DNA of 64,000 nt, taken from contig NC_081333.1 of NCBI RefSeq assembly GCF_022539665.2, positions 4,278,001 to 4,342,000 of the forward strand. Reading direction: 5' to 3'. The DNA is from Daphnia carinata (lineage: Eukaryota). Every line of letters begins with the position of its first letter. The first letter of the stretch is position 1. Under the pieces are notes generated by a model, which saw only the letters and a program-made list of their open reading frames with translations, was not told where the DNA came from and ran no database searches. The position numbers and the translations under genes were made by a program. Below, piece after piece: positions 39,601-50,969 of the stretch.

Positions 39601-42259
39601 ACGTTGGATAAGCATTTAGCGCATTTCACGCTAGGTGGCTTTTCACCTTCCATCATTTCCATTCGGCTGTTCTCACTAGACTATTCCAGATACCGATTTC
39701 CCACAAAGCCGGCAAAGTGTCAATTACATACCTGAACGTTATCCTTTTTCTGTGGTATTAAATTATGTCAGCCACACAGGAAGTTGTATTAGGTAGCGTT
39801 CAAAGAAATTCTCCAAGTCTATTTCCACTTTAGGTTGCACTGTGTTTTGCATAACTTGTCGTCTGTTCTTGAAATGTAGCTATCCGAGTCCTAGGGCGGT
39901 TGCCTCGCAATAATGTATTTTTATTCCTCAGTTACTGATAACGGGTCTTTATTTTTGTCTCTAATATCGCAGAGTCGAAAGCAGACGGTACCGTTGACGA
40001 GGTGGAAGATTCTGAGGATGATTGGACTTTCAGTGATTACAGGCAGCCAGAAACCACAAAGGAGGAAAGTGTCACTAACATTGAAACAGCAGACACAAGC
40101 TCTGGGCTTGAAGTAGGATTTACTTTTCTTATTTTTCTTATTTTTAAAATCCTATATTTGATGTTAATGTGCCTTTCTTTTATTCAACTGTTTAGTTGGA
40201 ACCTGAAAGCAAGACAGACGAAACCTGTGTCCAAACCAATTGCCAGGCTGATGATCTTGGCAATCAACTAGAAAGGTTGACTGTCGAAGATTTTGAATCA
40301 AAGACCACCATTCCAGCTTCTGAGCAAGAAAAAATTGTAGAAGTTGAAGCTGTTTCTCAATCTGTTGAAGTTGAGGAAGCTAATGTTCCTCAGCCTGCAG
40401 CACTTGTTCCTCAGCCTACGGAGTTTGTTCCTCAGCCTACAGAAATTGTTTCTGAGCCAATGGCAATTGCTCCTGAGCCAATGCAAATTGCTTCTGAGCC
40501 AGTGCAAATTGTTTCAGAGCCTGAAGAAGTTGTTTCACAGTCTGTTGAAATTGAAGAAGCTAATGTTCCTCAGTTGAAAGAAGAAGAGACTCCAGCACCC
40601 ATCCAGCAGGTTTGAATAATAAAGAACTGGTTTTTCTTAACACTTAGACCAATTGTCAAGCCTGTACTTGCATTCTCAGGTAGAAGAAACTCAATCTACC
40701 GTCATTTCGTCAACTGTTCAAGAACCTGAGCCAGCAGCCGCTGTTGTTGAAGCCGTTCCGGAAGTCAAAGAGGTGACAATGATTAAATAACTTGCCAACC
40801 TCAGTATTATGTAACTCTTCCTTCTCTTAACTCGTTAGGTGGATGTGACCAGCACGCAGGAAACTGTTGAAGCTCGACTTTTGGAGAGCCCAGTTTCCGA
40901 CTCTGCTACCATTGGTTCCGAAATACCCGCTTTGGTTGTTACCGGAACTGCCATCGGCGTTGCTACAGCGGCCGTTGCAGCAGCGAAAACGAAGTCTCCT
41001 GCCGCTAAGAAACCCATAGCAGCTGCAAAGAAGACTACAACAAGCCCTGCGAAACCGGCCTCCAGTCCAGCTGGCAAACCAGCTGCGAAAGAACCGGCCA
41101 AGAAACCGGAACCGACTACGCGGTATGTCGATACACATAACATTGTCGGATTCTAGTGATTGTCAATTTCGAAATTCTTTTTTTTTTTCCCCATAGCCGA
41201 GTTGCGACCACTGAAGCCAAAACTTCATCGGCAGATGCCGCCAAACCAGCGCGTCCGACCAAACTGTCCCCATTGAGAAAGGCCACCCCAGCAGCACCGT
41301 CATCAACGACTCCTTCCAAAGTGTCTAGCACGGCACCAAAGGCAGCTCCAGCAACTACTAGACCTGCTACCAAACCAGCAGTGTCCGCTGTAACATCGAC
41401 TGTTAAGAAGACAACCACCACTACAACGACTACGACCCGCACCGTTACCGCCGCCCCGCCGAAGAGGGCCACATCGGCGGTGAACGGAACGTCCGCTGCA
41501 TCCCCATCGAAGACTTCGTCGCCGGCCAAACCAGCCGGGACTACATCAACGGCCCGTCCCGCTTCTGCCGCTTCTTCCACACCTACCCGCCGTGTCGTTT
41601 CCGCTCCTACAAAAACTTCCAGTGCCACTAGTCGCCCTGCCGCCACCTCGGCCGCCAAAACTGCTGGTAATTGTTTGTTCCTGTTCTTGTTTTATTTTTT
41701 TTTTTATTATTTGCCTTATTCGTATCGTGTTTTTCTTTGAAATGAGCAGCAGCTACTACCAATGGCGATGTAAAGCCAAAACCCACTACTTCGGCGACTC
41801 GCACTCCGACCAAACCCGTTGCTAATGGTACAACTACTACGAAAAGCATTGCTCCCAGACCCACCGCAACCACCACGAAAGCTCCAGCCGCTAAACCCGC
41901 CACCGCCCCAGCTCGCTCGGCACCTCTTAAAGGTAAGGCCTTGTTTTTTGCTGATGTACTTGCAGCAGCAGCCAAGCTTGAGTGTGTGTGTGTGTGTGTG
42001 AAAGGGCGTTTTTTGATTGAATTTTAACGTATCTTGTTCTCCCTCAGGTGTTGCAAGTAGAACTGCCACGCCTGGTAAACCGATCGCCAAGACGGCTGCT
42101 CCATCCAAGCCTGGTGCCACTAAAACCGGTGCTGGAACTCCAGCTCGAGGAGGAACGAAATCAGCGACTACTACTTCATTGACTGAAACAGCCACAACCG
42201 CAGCCGCTCCTCCTCCTGTGCCAGCCGCAGACATTGACGTAGAGGAAGTTAAGGAGTAA
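31420..42259 (+). CDS. PP2C-family phosphatase, PPM1E/PPM1F-like, with a very long acidic and then basic low-complexity C-terminal extension
   Basis: PP2C motifs [59 protein letters not shown] and [11 protein letters not shown] 4.3 kb intron (33054-37330) splices in frame. Downstream exons continue to the stop at 42257-42259; C-terminal exon boundaries are less certain. Confidence 0.85.
40345..40575 (+). repeat. Coding 21-nt (7-aa) degenerate tandem repeat flanked by a duplicated SQSVE(V/I)EEANVPQ block
   Basis: [49 protein letters not shown] in ORF 40196-40615. Confidence 0.85.
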
Positions 42260-43480
42260 CAGAAAAAAAAAAATAATAATAACAATAAATGTATTTCAAC
42301 TTTGGGAGCATGGAGTAAAAAGAAGAATATTGGGGAAAAAAATATTTAAACAAGAAAGAAAAAAGCTGAAAACGCCCAACCATTTTATAATACCCCCTCC
42401 TCCCTACGCCCGCTATGTATACCGCCCGTCTCTTTCATTCGCTCATGATTCATCGTCCGCAAGCTTTTGAACGTCTCGTTTTTAATTTTTTATCACTTGC
42501 GATTGCTAAAGGCAAAAAACAGCAAAAAAAAAAATAATAATAAATAAAAATAGTTGAATCCGAGCCGAAGGAGAGGATGAAAGAAAGAAACGAACAATTT
42601 GTATGAGGAGATGGAGAACGCCACTTGGAATTTGTGATTGCGCGGGCCCTCCTTTGTAAAGATATCAAGTGAGAAGATTCAAGAATCATCAATCATTTTC
42701 TGCGTGTTTGCGTGTGTGAGCGTGTGCGTGAGTTAATGTACTACCCAGTCGGATTCCTTTTCCCACATCTAATTTCTTTGGCAACATACACAACGTCGAC
42801 AATGTGTGAGGACTGAAAAGCCTCGTAACCCCTCCCAATGGCTAAATATTACTGCCGCACGCCCCATCCACCCACCAACGCTCTTTCGGCTAATATTCAC
42901 TTGTTTTATTAACTGTACGTGTCAAAGTCATGAAAAACAACCGAAAAAAACAAAAATATTGTCTATTCGTTTTCCCCCCTATTGCTCGATTCCAATTTCA
43001 TTTTGTCTTTTGTTTCGTGGGGTTTCATGATTTTCTCTCTCACATTCGCCACGCACAGCAATGGTTTGCCTTTGCTTTTATTTTTAATTTTTCTTTTTGT
43101 TGTTGATGATAGTCATGCCAATGCCCAGCCGAGGTGATTGTGTCCACTGCTGCCCCCCCCTCGTTCTTCTTACAGCCTGATGGTAGTTAATTTAAGGTAC
43201 TGATTGCGCTTAAGTTTTTGTCATTTTTTTTTTTTTACTGGATGAGTTTCTGTTTTTATACTTATGAGGTAATCGTGTCTCCACGTTTTCTTTCCATATT
43301 TTCTTTCGATTCATATCTTTTCACGGTCTGTCATCCAACACAGATCGAGAGTTGCAACAATGTAGCGCAAATAAATTGAACAGCAATGGGGATCACTATC
43401 ATAATTCCTCTTGAATTGTCGATCAATAAATGAGATGCGGATCAAAATCCATTACGGCAATGGAAAATTAACTTGATTAT

Positions 43481-43678
43481 CGTGATTTTCATTCGCTTTT
43501 GAATCGAAATCATATACTTTAAGTCATATTTAAATTTTGGCCAAAAATGAAAAAGTGGGAAGGCTATAGCCTTCTCACTTTTGTCAAAATCGGCAAAAAA
43601 CGACATCTTTCGGAATTCGATGAAAATCATACTCTATATTCAAAATTTAATGCTGATTACGATTCTGTGATTCATTTA
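43481..43678. repeat. ~200-bp quasi-palindromic transposon subterminal module, repeated directly at 49560-49757
   Basis: Both copies share aaattttggccaaaaatgaaaaagtgggaaggcta(ta)tagccttcncacttttgtcaaaatcggcaaaaa...cggaattcgatgaaaatca. The centre is a hairpin. Confidence 0.85.
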
Positions 43679-44027
43679 AGTGATTGTGTTTGATTTGAGT
43701 GTATGTAGAGAACTAACTAGAAATCTGACCGGTAGATGGCGATAGCGGTAAAACAGAAAAAGAGAACCCGATATTTTTTTGGTTAAAATTATTTATATGG
43801 CAATCCGTTTTACATAAAAAAAAAAAAAAAAAATGGCGGAAAAAAAAAAAAAAATCGTACTTTTTTCTCTTTTTTCTACCCGTAGCCATCTATCAGTCGG
43901 TTTCGTTATTACAGGCATGTAAGCAATTTGAGTTAATTGTATCCCATTAGTAGTTAATGGAGTAGCGTGGCTGGAGAAAAACTCGTGGCTGGAGAAAAAC
44001 TCGTGGCTGGAGAAAAATATTTAAAAA

Positions 44028-45661
44028 TGGATAAGATAATAAAAGATAAGGATGGTAAGTATAAACATTCTTTTATTAGTTTTCAATTATTAATTATTGT
44101 TTATTAGATAAAATTATGAAGCTGCAGGCTCAATTTTTTCAACAGCACAGAATCTTAGATGATAACAAAACTAAGGATGGTAATATGAAATGGTTGTATT
44201 TGTGTTCTTTTATTCATTTGTGTTTTTTAGCTCAAACTTTGTGTCTACAAGCTCAGTTACTGGAAAATAACAAATTAGAACTGGACACTTTCAAAACAGT
44301 GAAGGAGGTTTTCCAAACTCATCCCTAACTGAACGTGAGGATGAGTTGGCATGTAAGTAAGTAAAAACATTATTATATTGGTTTTCAATTATTAATTATT
44401 GTTTATTAGATCAAATTATGAAGCTGCAGGCCCAATTATTGGAACAACACAAAATATTAGATAACAGCAAAGCTAAGGATGGTAAGGCCTAATACGTAAT
44501 GATTCTATTTATTTGCTTTTATTCATTTGTGTTTTGAAGCTCAAATTTTGAGTCTACCAGCCCAGCTAGGGGAAAAGAATAAATTGGAACGGAACAGTTT
44601 CCAAACAGTGAAGGAGGTTTTTCAAAACTCTTCCCTAAGTGAACGTGAGGATGAGTTGGCGTTAGGCGAACACAGTCAGGTACCTAAACTTTTCAAATAA
44701 GAATTCAAAATAAGTATAGAATTTTAAAAAACAATTATTTATTGTTAAGTTATTCAATCCACCACCTGACAGTGTGTTAAATTTAAATTCTGTTAGTACT
44801 GTACTAAAAGAATTGTTAGTAATAAGTCCATGCAGCGAAGGAACTGAACAATTGTGGGACCGTATTTGGGCCGAAAATGTGTGTGGTACGGAAACCCAGA
44901 AATGGCATGAGTTCAACATAAAACATGGATTAGGTACTTTTCGGTTTTTTGTCTATTGAAAAAGTATTTTTAATGCTGTTATTTTGCATTCACAGAATTT
45001 TAGCGGGGGATCAAGTAAAATCTAGAAGTGTTACAAGATGGAAGAGTGAGCCTACAGTTAAAAAACACTGAAAGTGCATTACCATTAAGGTATTAGCTGC
45101 TTCTCTTGCTAAAGAACAACTTGTCCTTTACGTTCAGAGTGTTGGTGAAGCTGGGTACTTAAATGGCTCTAAAGATGTTTCACTTCGCTGGCATTGCAGT
45201 GATGAACATCATACATGGACTTTTTAGGTATGAAAGGAATTTTCTTGAAAATTTTTTGAATTTATGACGAAGCATTTCTCCTCCTTTTTGCCACCCATGT
45301 CTAATCAAAAAAAAAAAAAATTTATCCAATAGGAAAGGATTTTCAGCATACTGGGAACACAACTATCAACAATGCAACATCCTATGGGTGCTATTTTATC
45401 ATTCAAGAGCCTTATACAATGATTTTCATCTGCAATTTGTATGGCCTTTCCCAAGCTTCTGCCATAAGTTGAATCTATGAGTCATGTAAGTCACATGAGC
45501 AACAATTGAGATGCTTAATGGTGTTGTTTTTCTTTTCTCAGTATAGGTTAATAGTAACATTGGATCTGAAAAGATTCTTGGTTGGGGCAAGACACTGAAT
45601 AAATTGTAATGATTGAATGGATGACATGACATTTCTATACTTAATTCGGATTCCCGAGACG
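44028..45661 (+). pseudogene. Decayed intron-containing gene fragment inside the left arm, mirrored on the minus strand in the right arm, with an internal ~300-bp exon-pair duplication
   Basis: Short protein-like segments bounded by gtaag...tag/cag (e.g. QIMKLQAQ..., VLNLNSVSTVLKELLVISPCSEGTEQLWDRIWAENVCG) with stops and frameshifts. 44050-44350 is duplicated at 44355-44660. The product is not recognised. Confidence 0.55.
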
Positions 45662-45679
45662 GTATTTTATATTTTAAAA

Positions 45680-46061
45680 ATTGAAGTGCATATCTGGGCT
45701 CCCTTCCTTTCCGTAGCCCCGTTTCCCCTTGACTCGTAATAAGCCCGTAGGGGGTCATGCCCCTACTGTACGGTATATATAAAAATAACATATACCGAGG
45801 TTTGGAGGGCTCTGGCCGGAAAGGGGACGTGGGGGTCCGCTTAGTCCGATGATGTGTTCACGGAGGGCGACGTGGCTACCCACAAATCCGAACTAAAGGT
45901 TAATCGCTCCTGTAAAAATGTTCCAAATCTTCAGCTCTTCTTCCGGCTTCTCTTAGCCAATCACCGGGTAATCTCCCCGGTGGGTCAACAAGGCAGTGTC
46001 TCCCCCTGCCTGGGTTGACGGCAACTTTTGAAAGGGCTATTGTGCCTTTTTAAAGTTGCAA
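45680..46061 (+). other. Conserved GC-rich multi-hairpin module, copy 1 (candidate structured RNA or ssDNA)
   Basis: Series of stem-loops (gggct/agccc; gtagggg/cccctac; cggtatat/atataccg; gccggaa/ttccggc; caccggg/cccggtg; gtcaac-aggcag/ctgcct-gttgac) ending in a palindrome. Homologous copies lie at 46974-47356 and 61063-61479. Confidence 0.7.
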
Positions 46062-46280
46062 AAATAATTGTAATGTGCAGAGAATTGTCAATAAATTTTT
46101 TTTTACAAAATGTTTTTTGCAAAATTTGTTTCTTTCATTGTCTGTGTTCACACACTACATTTATGAGCCTTTTTTTCTTATTTAGCTTGCTCAATTCACC
46201 TTTAATGATAATGCCACCTTTGATGGTAAGCATTGTTTCCATTGGTTTATCGTATTTCTGTAAGTATTTAATTAATTGTT

Positions 46281-46690
46281 ATCCAGGGATCGAACCCTGG
46301 ATGTTCGGCATACCGCTCCTATGCTCTACCGATGAGCCATGAATCATATGAAGTTAAGTTGGCTTTTTTCTAGTCACTTGCGGACTTGCATTTACACTTT
46401 GAATAAAACTGAAATGCAATACTGCAATACTCTTTTGCACATTTAGATGTAGATCTTTATACATCTACTAAGGTTTGAACCCATGGTAACAGTTATCGGA
46501 GCTGAATGCTCTACCACAGAGCTATGGACCTTATGAAAAAAAATAGAAAGATCAACATATAGTTGTGATAGACTGCATAAACATCCTAGACGATAACATA
46601 TGATATGCGATAATAAAACATTTAGATATATCTCGTGGCTCAATGTTAAAGCATCGGCGTTGCACGCTGAATGACTGGGGATCGATTCCC
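46281..46690. other. Three degenerate tRNA-like (A-box/B-box) cassettes in the foldback spacer: 46281-46339(-), 46471-46524(-), 46636-46690(+)
   Basis: TGGCTCATCGGTAGAGC...GGTTCGATCCC, TAGCTCTGTGGTAGAGC...GGTTCAAACC and TGGCTCAATGTTAAAGC...GGATCGATTCCC. D-arm/T-arm spacing is tRNA-like but no acceptor stem is evident. Confidence 0.65.
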
Positions 46691-46973
46691 ATACCAGTAA
46701 AACAATATACAAATACAAAATTACTTCAGAAAATATCCAGGTATTACACGTTGTTCCTTGTCTAAGTCCAAGAATTCAAAAAGTGTAATAAATAACAATT
46801 GAATACCTACAGATAAACGATACAACGGTGGCAAAAACAAGAAAGATAAATTGAATAATAAAAAAAGCTGATAATTGTAGTGTGTGAACACAGACAATGA
46901 AAGAAACAAATTTTGCAAAAAACATTTCGTAAAAAAAAATTTATTGACAATTCTCTGCACATTACAATTATTT

Positions 46974-47356
46974 TTGCAACTTTAAAAAGGCACAATAGCC
47001 CTTTCAAAAGTTGCCGTCAACCCAGGCAGGGGGAGACACTGCCTTGTTGACCCACCGGGGAGATTACCCGGTGATTGGCTAAGAGAAGCCGGAAGAAGAG
47101 CTGAAGATTTGGAACATTTTTACAGGAGCGATTAACCTTTAGTTCGGATTTGTGGGTAGCCACATCGCCCTCCGTGAACACATCATCGGACTAAGCGGCA
47201 CCCCACGTCCCCTTTCCGGCCAGAGCCCTCCAAACCTCGGTATATGTTATTTTTATATATACCGTACAGTAGGGGCATGACCCCCTACGGGCTTATTACG
47301 AGTCAAGGGGAAACGGGGCTTCAGAAAAGAAGGGAGCCCAGATATGCACTTCAATT
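46974..47356 (-). other. Conserved GC-rich multi-hairpin module, copy 2
   Basis: Near-identical reverse complement of 45680-46061. Confidence 0.7.
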
Positions 47357-49055
47357 TTTTAATATCAAATACCGTCTGGGGAATCCGAATTAAGTATAGA
47401 AATGTCATGTCATCCACCCAATCAATACAATTTATTCAGTGTCTTGCCCCAACCAAGAATCTTTTCAGATCCAATGTTACTATTAACCTATATTGAGAAA
47501 AGAAAAACAACACTGTTAAACATATCAATTGTTGATCATGTAACTTACATGACTCATAGATTCAACTTCTGGTGGAAGCTTGGGAAAGGACATACAAATT
47601 GCAGATTAACATCATTGTATAAGGTTCTTGAATGATAAACTAGCACCTGTAGAATGTTGCATTGTTGATAGTTGTGTTCCCAGTACATGAAAATCCTTGC
47701 CTATTGGATAAAATTTTTTTTGGTTGATTAGACCTGGTTGGTAAAAAGGAGGAGAAATTCTTCGTCATAAATTTAAAATTATTTGAAGAAAAATCCTTTC
47801 ATACCTAAAGAGTCCATGTATGATGTTCATCTCTGCAATGGCAGCAAAATTAAAACATCCTTAGGGCCATTTAAGTACCCAATTTCCCCAACACTCTGAA
47901 CGTAAAGGACAAGTTGTTCTTCAGACAGAGAAGCAGAATTATTTGAGGCTTCTAGCTGTGACAGAACTATAAAGGATTGCTGTTGTACTGGATTCATTAA
48001 CACAAGATGGTACTTCTCATTAGGCAATTTGCATTACTCTATTAATTTACCTCACACCTTAACGGTAATGCACTCTTAGTGTTTTTTCATCTGTAGGCTG
48101 ACTCTTCCATCCTGTAACACTTCCAGACTTGACTTGATCCCCCCGCTAAAATTCTGTAAATGCAAAATAATAGCATTAAAAATACTTTTTCGATAGACAA
48201 AGAACGGGGAAGTACCTAATCCATGTTTTAGGTTGAACTCATGCCATTTCTGTGTTTCCATACCACACCCATTTTCCGCCCAAATACAGTACCACAATTC
48301 TCCAGTTCCTTCGCTGCATGGACTTATTACTAACAATTCTTTTAGTGCAGCACTAACAGAATTTAAATTTAACACACTGTCAGGTGGTGGACTGAATAAC
48401 TAAACAATAAATAATTGTTTGTTAAAATTCTATATTTATTTGGAATTCTTATTTGGAAAGTTTAGGCACCTGACTGTGTTCACCTAATGCCAACTCATCC
48501 TCACGTTCAGTTAGGGATGAGTTTTGAAAAACCTCCTTCACTGTTTGGAAAGTGTCCCGTTCTAACTTGTTTTTTCCAGTAACTGCGCTTGTAGACTCAA
48601 AGTTTGAGCTAAAAAACAAAAATGAATAAAAGAACACAAATACAATCATTACGTATTACCATCCTTAGTTTTGTTGTCACCTAATATTTTCTGCTGTTGC
48701 AATAATTGAGCCTGCAGGTTCTTAATTAGAGCTAAAAAACAATAATTAATAATTGAAAACTAATATATTAATCTTTGTACTTACCATCCTTATCTTTTAT
48801 TTCTTATTCATTTTTAAATATTTTTCTCCAGCCACGCGTTTTTCTCCCGCCACGCTACTCAACTAACTGCTAAAGGGATCCAATGGACTCAAATTGCCTA
48901 CATGCCTGTAATAACGAATCTCAGCGGTAGATGGCTACGGGTCGGAAAAATAGAAAAAAGTGTGATTTTTTTTTTTTCCGAAATTTTTTTTTTTTTTTGG
49001 GGTAAAACGGATTGCCATACCCGACAAAATAAACCCTTGCAAAATAAGCCCGACT

Positions 49056-49490
49056 CAGACTTGCCGTTGCGATTGTTTTTTCGATTTTGATCGCCGATCA
49101 AATCATCACTGATTGATTTTGATTGGCGATTCGATCTTTTCAAAATGATTTGATCGGCGATAAAATTTCTGCGATTGCGATCATTTTGGGGCGAAATCTA
49201 GTGGTGGAAATTTAAAGTAAACTGTCACCATTTCAAGTCAATGGCGACCAAAAAGGCGTCTGCTGCGAAAAAAGGATAAACAGCATCCTCAGCAAAACTT
49301 TTTAGCAAAAATTTATATGAATCATAAGTTTTTACGTTTTGTGGCGCTGACTTCAATCGCAAAAATGATCGCTGTCGATCAACGAGTTTTTTTATCGCCG
49401 ATCAAATCAAAATCAAAATGTAAACATTTGATCGGCGATCGTTTTTTTAATCGTAATCGGTGATCGATGATCGCGATCGCGGCAAGTCTG
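49056..49490. mobile_element. hAT-type MITE (435 bp)
   Basis: TIR CAGACTTGCCG...CGGCAAGTCTG, perfect 8-bp TSD GCCCGACT (49048-49055 and 49491-49498), and many subterminal GATCG repeats. Confidence 0.9.
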
Positions 49491-50836
49491 GCCCGACTTT
49501 ATGGTATTTTAGGTTTATTTCAAAAACTATAAGGCCGATTGAAAAATCAACTTCTTTTCCGTGATTGGCATTTAATTCTGCATCGAAATCATATATTTTA
49601 ATTCAAATCTAAATTTTGGCCAAAAATGAAAAAGTGGGAAGGCTATATAGCCTTCGCACTTTTGTCAAAATCGGCAAAAAGCGACAGTCTCGGAATTCGA
49701 TGAAAATCACACCCTATATTCAAATTTTAATGCTGATTAGGATTCTGTGATTGATTTTGCCCTTAGGCTATCCGTTTTTGATGACAAGAAAGAAAACTGT
49801 TGTTAACTGTTAGCGCAATATTTGTTTTTTACATTTATTTCCAAAACCATAAATCCTATTGAAAAATAACCTTGTTTTTTGTAAGTCACCCGTTTTTGAA
49901 AAAAAAGGAAAAAGTGCTGTTACTTGAAAATTGTTCGAGCGAGCGTAGCTCGCGATGGACAATTGTGATTGTCTTTAATTTAAGCGAAGACATTAACTGT
50001 GGTGTTGACCTTGGTGTATTAGCTACTTTTAAGCAGGGGTAACAAAAATTTCCAACGAGGGTACACGCCCCTCTTTTCCAACTCAGGCCTTTTTGTACTT
50101 TAGGTGAGCTGTGATAACGTGAATTTTAAATAATTAAAATCTTCTTGTTCTTCCTTTTTTTTTTTTTTTTTTGTAAGCCGCGTTAGCTCGAATTTAATCA
50201 TAGCTTTCTCCGCTTCACGTAAACCACCGCGATAAGCGCCCCGCATTTGCCCATTCCTTGGTTTCAAAACCGCCAACAGTTTGGTGTGAAAATCTGATGT
50301 AACGAAAAAAAACGATAAATTTTAAATTTTTTTTGAGCCGGCTAGGGACGGTGGGATAAGAAGACAGTTAATGTCTTCACTATCATTCAAGAACAATTCC
50401 AATTGTCCATCGCGAGCTTCGCTCGCTCGAACAATTCCCAATTGTCCCTGAATTGTTCGACATTAACTGTGGTGTCTTTAAAGCATCAGACAACAGGGAA
50501 AATATATCAAAACCTGTATATACAACCTATGACCCAAGAACTCAATCTTGACGAAGAGTTTTGATTGCCGAGAATCGCAGATCCAATTGATCCTGCGGCT
50601 CTCTTCAATTGATTGAACGTTAGTTCTCCACAGCGTAACGATGTTGAGCCTGCCAAAAGCGTTATCAGCTTACGCGCATTATTGGATCCCAATTGTGGGC
50701 ATACTTCGGCAACGGCGGCCGGGTGTTGTACTTTCCTTGAGCGTTGACGACCGCATCGTAACGCTAAATACTGCACTAGCTGTAGTTCATATTCTATATG
50801 AAGAATCCGTCAGGAAAAACTCCAGTTTTCAATCAC

Positions 50837-50968
50837 GCCAACCGACAAGGGATCAACATCCCCTCGGTGGCACTAATTATGCCAACCGACAAGGGATCAA
50901 CATCCCCTCGGTGGCGCCAATTACGCCAACCGACAAGGGATCAACATCCGTTCGGAGGCACCAATCAC
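50837..50968. repeat. 44-bp tandem repeat x3
   Basis: gccaaccgacaagggatcaacatcc... starts at 50837, 50881 and 50925. Confidence 0.9.
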
Positions 50969-50969
50969 G

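Larger units (their letters stand above)
43796..49019. mobile_element. Foldback-type non-autonomous DNA transposon with ~2.2-2.4 kb inverted arms (43796-46160 and 46876-49019) around a ~715 bp spacer
   Basis: Termini TATGGCAATCCGTTTTAC...GTAAAACGGATTGCCATA. The arms are reverse complements along their length (mirror ORFs 44774+/48076-, 45426-/47402+, 46028+/46807-). No transposase is recognisable. Confidence 0.9.

Noticed and set aside
38207..42285. Long antisense ORFs (38207-38815, 41116-41658, 41716-42285)
   Set aside because: They are shadows of the GC-rich low-complexity sense exons of the PP2C gene.
46281..46690. Functional tRNA genes
   Set aside because: No 7-bp acceptor stems, and the D/T-loop consensus is degenerate. 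Kept only as tRNA-like cassettes.
46974..47356. Structured module as RNase MRP/P, SRP RNA, telomerase RNA or an HDV/hammerhead ribozyme
   Set aside because: It has AAACGGGGCT but no GAAAGTCCCC partner, no SRP helix-8 consensus, no CCTAA-repeat template, no CTGATGA core, and the GGAC-CCCCAC-GTCC loop does not fit the HDV L3 pattern.
50837..50968. 44-bp repeats as a CRISPR array
   Set aside because: The units are contiguous with near-identical intervening sequence and no unique spacers. The context is eukaryotic with no cas genes.
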